From: a virus
Lineage: Duplodnaviria > Heunggongvirae > Uroviricota > Caudoviricetes
IMG/VR virus record: IMGVR_UViG_2861048470_000005
Length of the DNA stretch: 49,438 bases
Direction: 5' to 3' (one strand)
In this document: positions 47,101-49,438 of the stretch, one piece after another
Layout of the letters: every line of letters begins with the position of its first letter
How positions within the stretch are numbered: the stretch's first letter is position 1
Translations under genes and position numbers: made by a program
The notes under the pieces: generated by a model
Databases searched by the model: none
Seen by the model: only the letters and a program-made list of their open reading frames with translations
What the model was told of the DNA's origin: nothing

Positions 47101-47520
47101 AAATCCACGAATAACACCGGGGCGCATACGCACAGTCTGAGTGGCTCTACGGGGTCTGCCGGTGTTCATACTCATGGTAATGGTATTCGTTGGCCAGGAG
47201 GCGGCGGTTCTGCGTTAGCATTTTATGATGGCGGTGGGTTCACTTATGTCCAGAATTCACAGTATCAAGTAAGCCCGGAGACTTCTTCCTATAGATCGTA
47301 TTATCAACGTATTCAGACACAGTCAGCAGGTGCTCATACCCACTCGCTGTCTGGTACTGCAGCAAGTTCTGGCGCACATGCACATACTGTAGGTATTGGT
47401 GCGCATACGCACTCCGTTGCGATTGGTTCACATGGACACACCATCACCGTTAACGCTGCGGGTAACGCGGAAAACACCGTCAAAAACATCGCATTTAACT
47501 ATATTGTGAGGCTTGCATAA
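44107..47520 (+). CDS. stf: Side tail fibre protein Stf (mosaic; Ala/Ser-rich repetitive shaft, His-rich C-terminal region)
   Basis: Starts [26 protein letters not shown]... and ends ...[31 protein letters not shown], both matching lambda Stf as recalled. Has a long A/S/T-rich low-complexity shaft and GAHxHS repeats near the C-terminus. Confidence 0.85.
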   Translation: MAVKISGVLKDGAGKPVQNCTIQLKAKRNSTTVVANTVASENPDEAGRYSMDVEYGQYSVILLVEGFPPSHAGTITVYEDSQPGTLNDFLGAMTEDDVRPEALRRFELMVEEVARNASAVAQNTAAAKKSASDAGTSAREAATHATDATGSARAASTSAGQAATSAQSASSSAGTASTKATEASKSAAAAESSKSAAATSAGAAKTSETNAAASQKSAATSASTATTKASEAATSARDAAASKEAAKSSETNASSSASSAASSATAAGNSAKAAKTSETNARSSETAAGQSASAAAGSKTAAASSASAASTSAGQASASATAAGKSAESAASSASTATTKAGEATEQASAAARSASAAKTSETNAKASETSAESSKTAAASSASSAASSASSASASKDEATRQASAAKGSATTASTKATEAAGSATAAAQSKSTAESAATRAETAAKRAEDIASAVALEDASTTKKGIVQLSSATNSTSETLAATPKAVKSAYDNAEKRLQKDQNGADIPDKGRFLNNINAVSKTDFADKRGMRYVRVNAPAGATSGKYYPVVVMRSAGSVSELASRVIITTATRTAGDPMNNCEFNGFVMPGGWTDRGRYAYGMFWQYQNNERAIHSIMMSNKGDDLRSVFYVDGAAFPVFAFIEDGLSISAPGADLVVNDTTYKFGATNPATECIAADVILDFKSGRGFYESHSLIVNDNLSCKKLFATDEIVARGGNQIRMIGGKYGALWRNDGAKTYLLLTNQGDVYGGWNTLRPFAIDNATGELVIGTKLSASLNGNALTATKLQTPRRVSGVEFDGSKDITLTAAHVAAFARRATDTYADADGGVPWNAESGAYNVTRSGDSYILVNFYTGVGSCRTLQMKAHYRNGGLFYRSSRDGYGFEEDWAEVYTSKNLPPESYPVGAPIPWPSDTVPSGYALMQGQTFNKSAYPKLAAAYPSGVIPDMRGWTIKGKPASGRAVLSQEQDGIKSHTHSASASSTDLGTKTTSSFDYGTKSTNNTGAHTHSLSGSTGSAGVHTHGNGIRWPGGGGSALAFYDGGGFTYVQNSQYQVSPETSSYRSYYQRIQTQSAGAHTHSLSGTAASSGAHAHTVGIGAHTHSVAIGSHGHTITVNAAGNAENTVKNIAFNYIVRLA

Positions 47521-48104
47521 TGGCATTCAGAATGAGTGAACAAGCACGGACCATAAAAATTTATAATCTGCTGGCCGGAACTAATGAATTTATTGGTGAA
47601 GGTGACGCATATATTCCGCCTCATACAGGTCTGCCAGCAAACAGTACCGATATTGCACCACCAGATATTCCTGCTGGCTTTGTGGCTGTTTTCAACAGTG
47701 ATGAGGCATCGTGGCATCTCGTTGAAGACCATCGGGGTAAAACGGTTTATGACGTAGCGTCAGGGGACGAGTTATTTATTTCTGAACTCGGTCCGTTACC
47801 GGAAAATGTTACCTGGTTATCGCCGGAAGGGGAGTTTCAGAAGTGGAACGGCACAGCCTGGGTGAAGGATACGGAAGCAGAAAAACTGTTCCGGATCCGG
47901 GAGGCGGAAGAAACAAAAAACAACCTGATGCAGGTAGCCAGTGAGCATATTGCGCCGCTTCAGGATGCTGCAGATCTGGAAATTGCAACGGAGGAAGAAA
48001 CCTCATTGCTGGAAGCCTGGAAAAAGTATCGGGTGTTGCTGAACCGTGTTGATACATCAACTGCACCTGATATTGAGTGGCCTACGAACCCTGTCAGGGA
48101 GTAA
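47520..48104 (+). CDS. tfa: Tail fibre assembly protein Tfa
   Basis: 194-aa ORF overlapping the stf stop (TAATG) with the conserved C-terminus ...[26 protein letters not shown]. Confidence 0.85.
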   Translation: MAFRMSEQARTIKIYNLLAGTNEFIGEGDAYIPPHTGLPANSTDIAPPDIPAGFVAVFNSDEASWHLVEDHRGKTVYDVASGDELFISELGPLPENVTWLSPEGEFQKWNGTAWVKDTEAEKLFRIREAEETKNNLMQVASEHIAPLQDAADLEIATEEETSLLEAWKKYRVLLNRVDTSTAPDIEWPTNPVRE

Positions 48105-48118
48105 TCATTGGGATTATG

Positions 48119-48151
48119 CCGCAGCACGTCTTAAGCAAGAACGTGCTGCGG
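48119..48151. terminator. Perfect 11-bp inverted repeat (bidirectional terminator candidate) between convergent tfa and methyltransferase genes
   Basis: CCGCAGCACGT-cttaagcaaga-ACGTGCTGCGG, 15 nt after the tfa stop and 8 nt before the minus-strand methyltransferase stop. Confidence 0.5.
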
Positions 48152-48158
48152 TTGGATG

Positions 48159-48827
48159 CTATTTTTTCCCTGAAGCGGAAAACATTACTACAGTACCTTG
48201 AACCTTGGTTTTAACATTCTCGAAATGCTCTGAGAGTATATGTGTTAAGCCTTCTTCGGAATCTTTTGTGTTTGAAAAGATGCCTTTCTGATTGTAAATG
48301 CGCATCAGTTTTTGACCGAAGCTATTGTGCACAACTCCATCGCCAAGAATTGTGGCTCCGTATAGAGTTCCATCGTCAGTTAAGGCCTGCGCCGCATTGC
48401 GTATTACACAGCTTTTTGTAGATATATTTCCAGGCAGGCAGTGAAGAAGGTAAAACATGGAAATGGAATCAAATTGACCATGTAACGCCGCGGGATAAGG
48501 TTCAAAAACATCATGGCTAATTTTATGTTTAATTTTTGATTCCCCAGCCCTTGTAGATGCCGCGTTCAGGCTAACTTCGTTCAAATCCATTAAAGATATC
48601 AGACTACTCTCAGGTACGTGAGTAAGGTAAAACCCAGTTCCAACACCAATATCCAGATGGTTGTTACCTAAATGTTCCAGAAAGTGTGGAAGAAGGTGTT
48701 CCTTTGTAGGACATCCCCATGCAAGCCGATTTGATACTCCCAAAACCCACCAGTCATAAAGCTTTAGGGTAAGTGGTGTGTAAATTTTAGCCCCATCATC
48801 TGTGTTTTTTTTCATTGATTTCACCAT
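48159..48827 (-). CDS. Class I SAM-dependent methyltransferase (moron)
   Basis: 222-aa minus-strand ORF with SAM-binding motif I (LDIGVGTGFY), in AT-rich DNA, oriented against the surrounding late genes. Confidence 0.7.
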   Translation of the reverse strand: MVKSMKKNTDDGAKIYTPLTLKLYDWWVLGVSNRLAWGCPTKEHLLPHFLEHLGNNHLDIGVGTGFYLTHVPESSLISLMDLNEVSLNAASTRAGESKIKHKISHDVFEPYPAALHGQFDSISMFYLLHCLPGNISTKSCVIRNAAQALTDDGTLYGATILGDGVVHNSFGQKLMRIYNQKGIFSNTKDSEEGLTHILSEHFENVKTKVQGTVVMFSASGKK

Positions 48828-48883
48828 GTTATAGTTTTATTTGTGAATTAAATCAATTATGGCGATGAATTACAAGGGGTTAA

Positions 48884-49153
48884 ATGCTGCCGCAGCATAG
48901 CGATATTGAAATAGCCTGGTATGCTTCGATACAGCAGGAGCCGAATGGCTGGAAGACCGTCACCACACAGTTCTACATCCAGGAATTCAGTGAGTATATT
49001 GCGCCACTGCAGGATGCTGTAGATCTGGAAATCGCAACGGAGGAAGAAAGATCGTTGCTGGAGGCATGGAATAAATATCGGGTATTGTTGAATCGTGTTG
49101 ATACATCAACTGCACCTGATATTGAGTGGCCTGCAAATCCTGTCAGGGAGTAA
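48884..49153 (+). pseudogene. Second tail fibre assembly gene remnant (Tfa C-terminal homolog)
   Basis: 89-aa ORF whose C-terminal ~55 aa (...[51 protein letters not shown]) duplicates the C-terminus of the tfa at 47520..48104; its N-terminus is unrelated and short. Confidence 0.5.
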
Positions 49154-49267
49154 TCATTGGGATTATGCCGCAGACACGTCGTATGCAGGAACGTGCTGCG
49201 GTTAGTTTGTGAGCTTTCGATAGTGGTTGTTATTTTTGCCCTTATTTGTTCCGGAGGCCATGGTTCA

Positions 49268-49438
49268 ATGGTCCGTCTGCCCCCTGTGGTGATGTCAGCA
49301 AAATCAGCCACTGCGCGAACCACAATAGCCCGGGAAGATGCTGAAGATCACCAGGTAAAGCTATCAGCGCAGAAACTGGAAGAACTGCTCGCATCAATGG
49401 TTAAGGATGAGGTTGATCGCAATGATGGGATTTATTGA
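49268..49438 (+). CDS. Hypothetical small protein
   Basis: 56-aa ORF (MVRLPPVVMSAKSATARTTIAREDAEDHQVKLSAQKLEELLASMVKDEVDRNDGIY) preceded by GGAGG at 49253-49257; its stop codon is the last three bases of the window. Confidence 0.3.
   Translation: MVRLPPVVMSAKSATARTTIAREDAEDHQVKLSAQKLEELLASMVKDEVDRNDGIY

Noticed and set aside
47945-49205. Invertible tail-fibre host-range switch (Mu G segment / e14 pin-type)
   Set aside because: The repeated tfa 3' ends are in direct, not inverted, orientation and no serine invertase (pin/gin/cin-like) gene is present in the window; a recombinational insertion or duplication is the better explanation.
1-49438. CRISPR arrays, or prophage attachment sites (attL/attR)
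   Set aside because: No regularly spaced short direct repeats were seen anywhere. The integrase stop codon is at the first bases of the window and the right end shows no recognisable core repeat, so the att sites probably lie outside the window or cannot be identified without the host flank.

Overview
The window is almost entirely one lambdoid prophage of an enterobacterial (E. coli-type) host, in canonical lambda gene order. Left to right: integrase and excisionase (minus strand), a large exonuclease, a set of small early-left ORFs, a Rac-type immunity region (XRE repressor, divergent Cro-like and YdaT-like genes, GTAC-cored operator repeats on both sides of the repressor), replication genes (O-like initiator carrying ori iterons, DnaC-like loader), two winged-helix hypothetical proteins, then a visibly AT-rich cargo operon encoding an AAA+ ATPase translationally coupled to an S8 subtilisin-like peptidase. 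This is followed by nin-type genes (DUF968/HNH-like, rusA, Q antiterminator), a pR'/tR'-like element, two tRNA genes (CAU and Arg-UCU), an uncharacterised AT-rich cargo segment where Stx toxin genes sit in Stx phages (none present here), a phage-21-type lysis cassette (dual-start holin, SAR endolysin, Rz with embedded Rz1), a lambda-type cos site, and the terminase genes. The terminase large-subunit gene is split by a 2.7 kb IS66-family element with a perfect 8-bp target-site duplication, so the prophage is probably packaging-defective. Downstream is a complete lambda-like head and tail module (W, B, C, D, E, FI, FII, Z, U, V, G/G-T frameshift, H, M, L, K, I, J), lom, a mosaic side tail fibre (stf) with tfa, and a minus-strand SAM-methyltransferase moron flanked by ~210-bp direct repeats of the tfa 3' end. 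The strongest candidate for a distinct biological system is the AAA+ ATPase/S8 peptidase pair, whose architecture matches, from memory, the Iet (IetA/IetS) anti-phage module; its mechanism is unknown. All protein identifications rest on motif inspection and recalled similarity, since no database search could be run; I did not find attL or attR.
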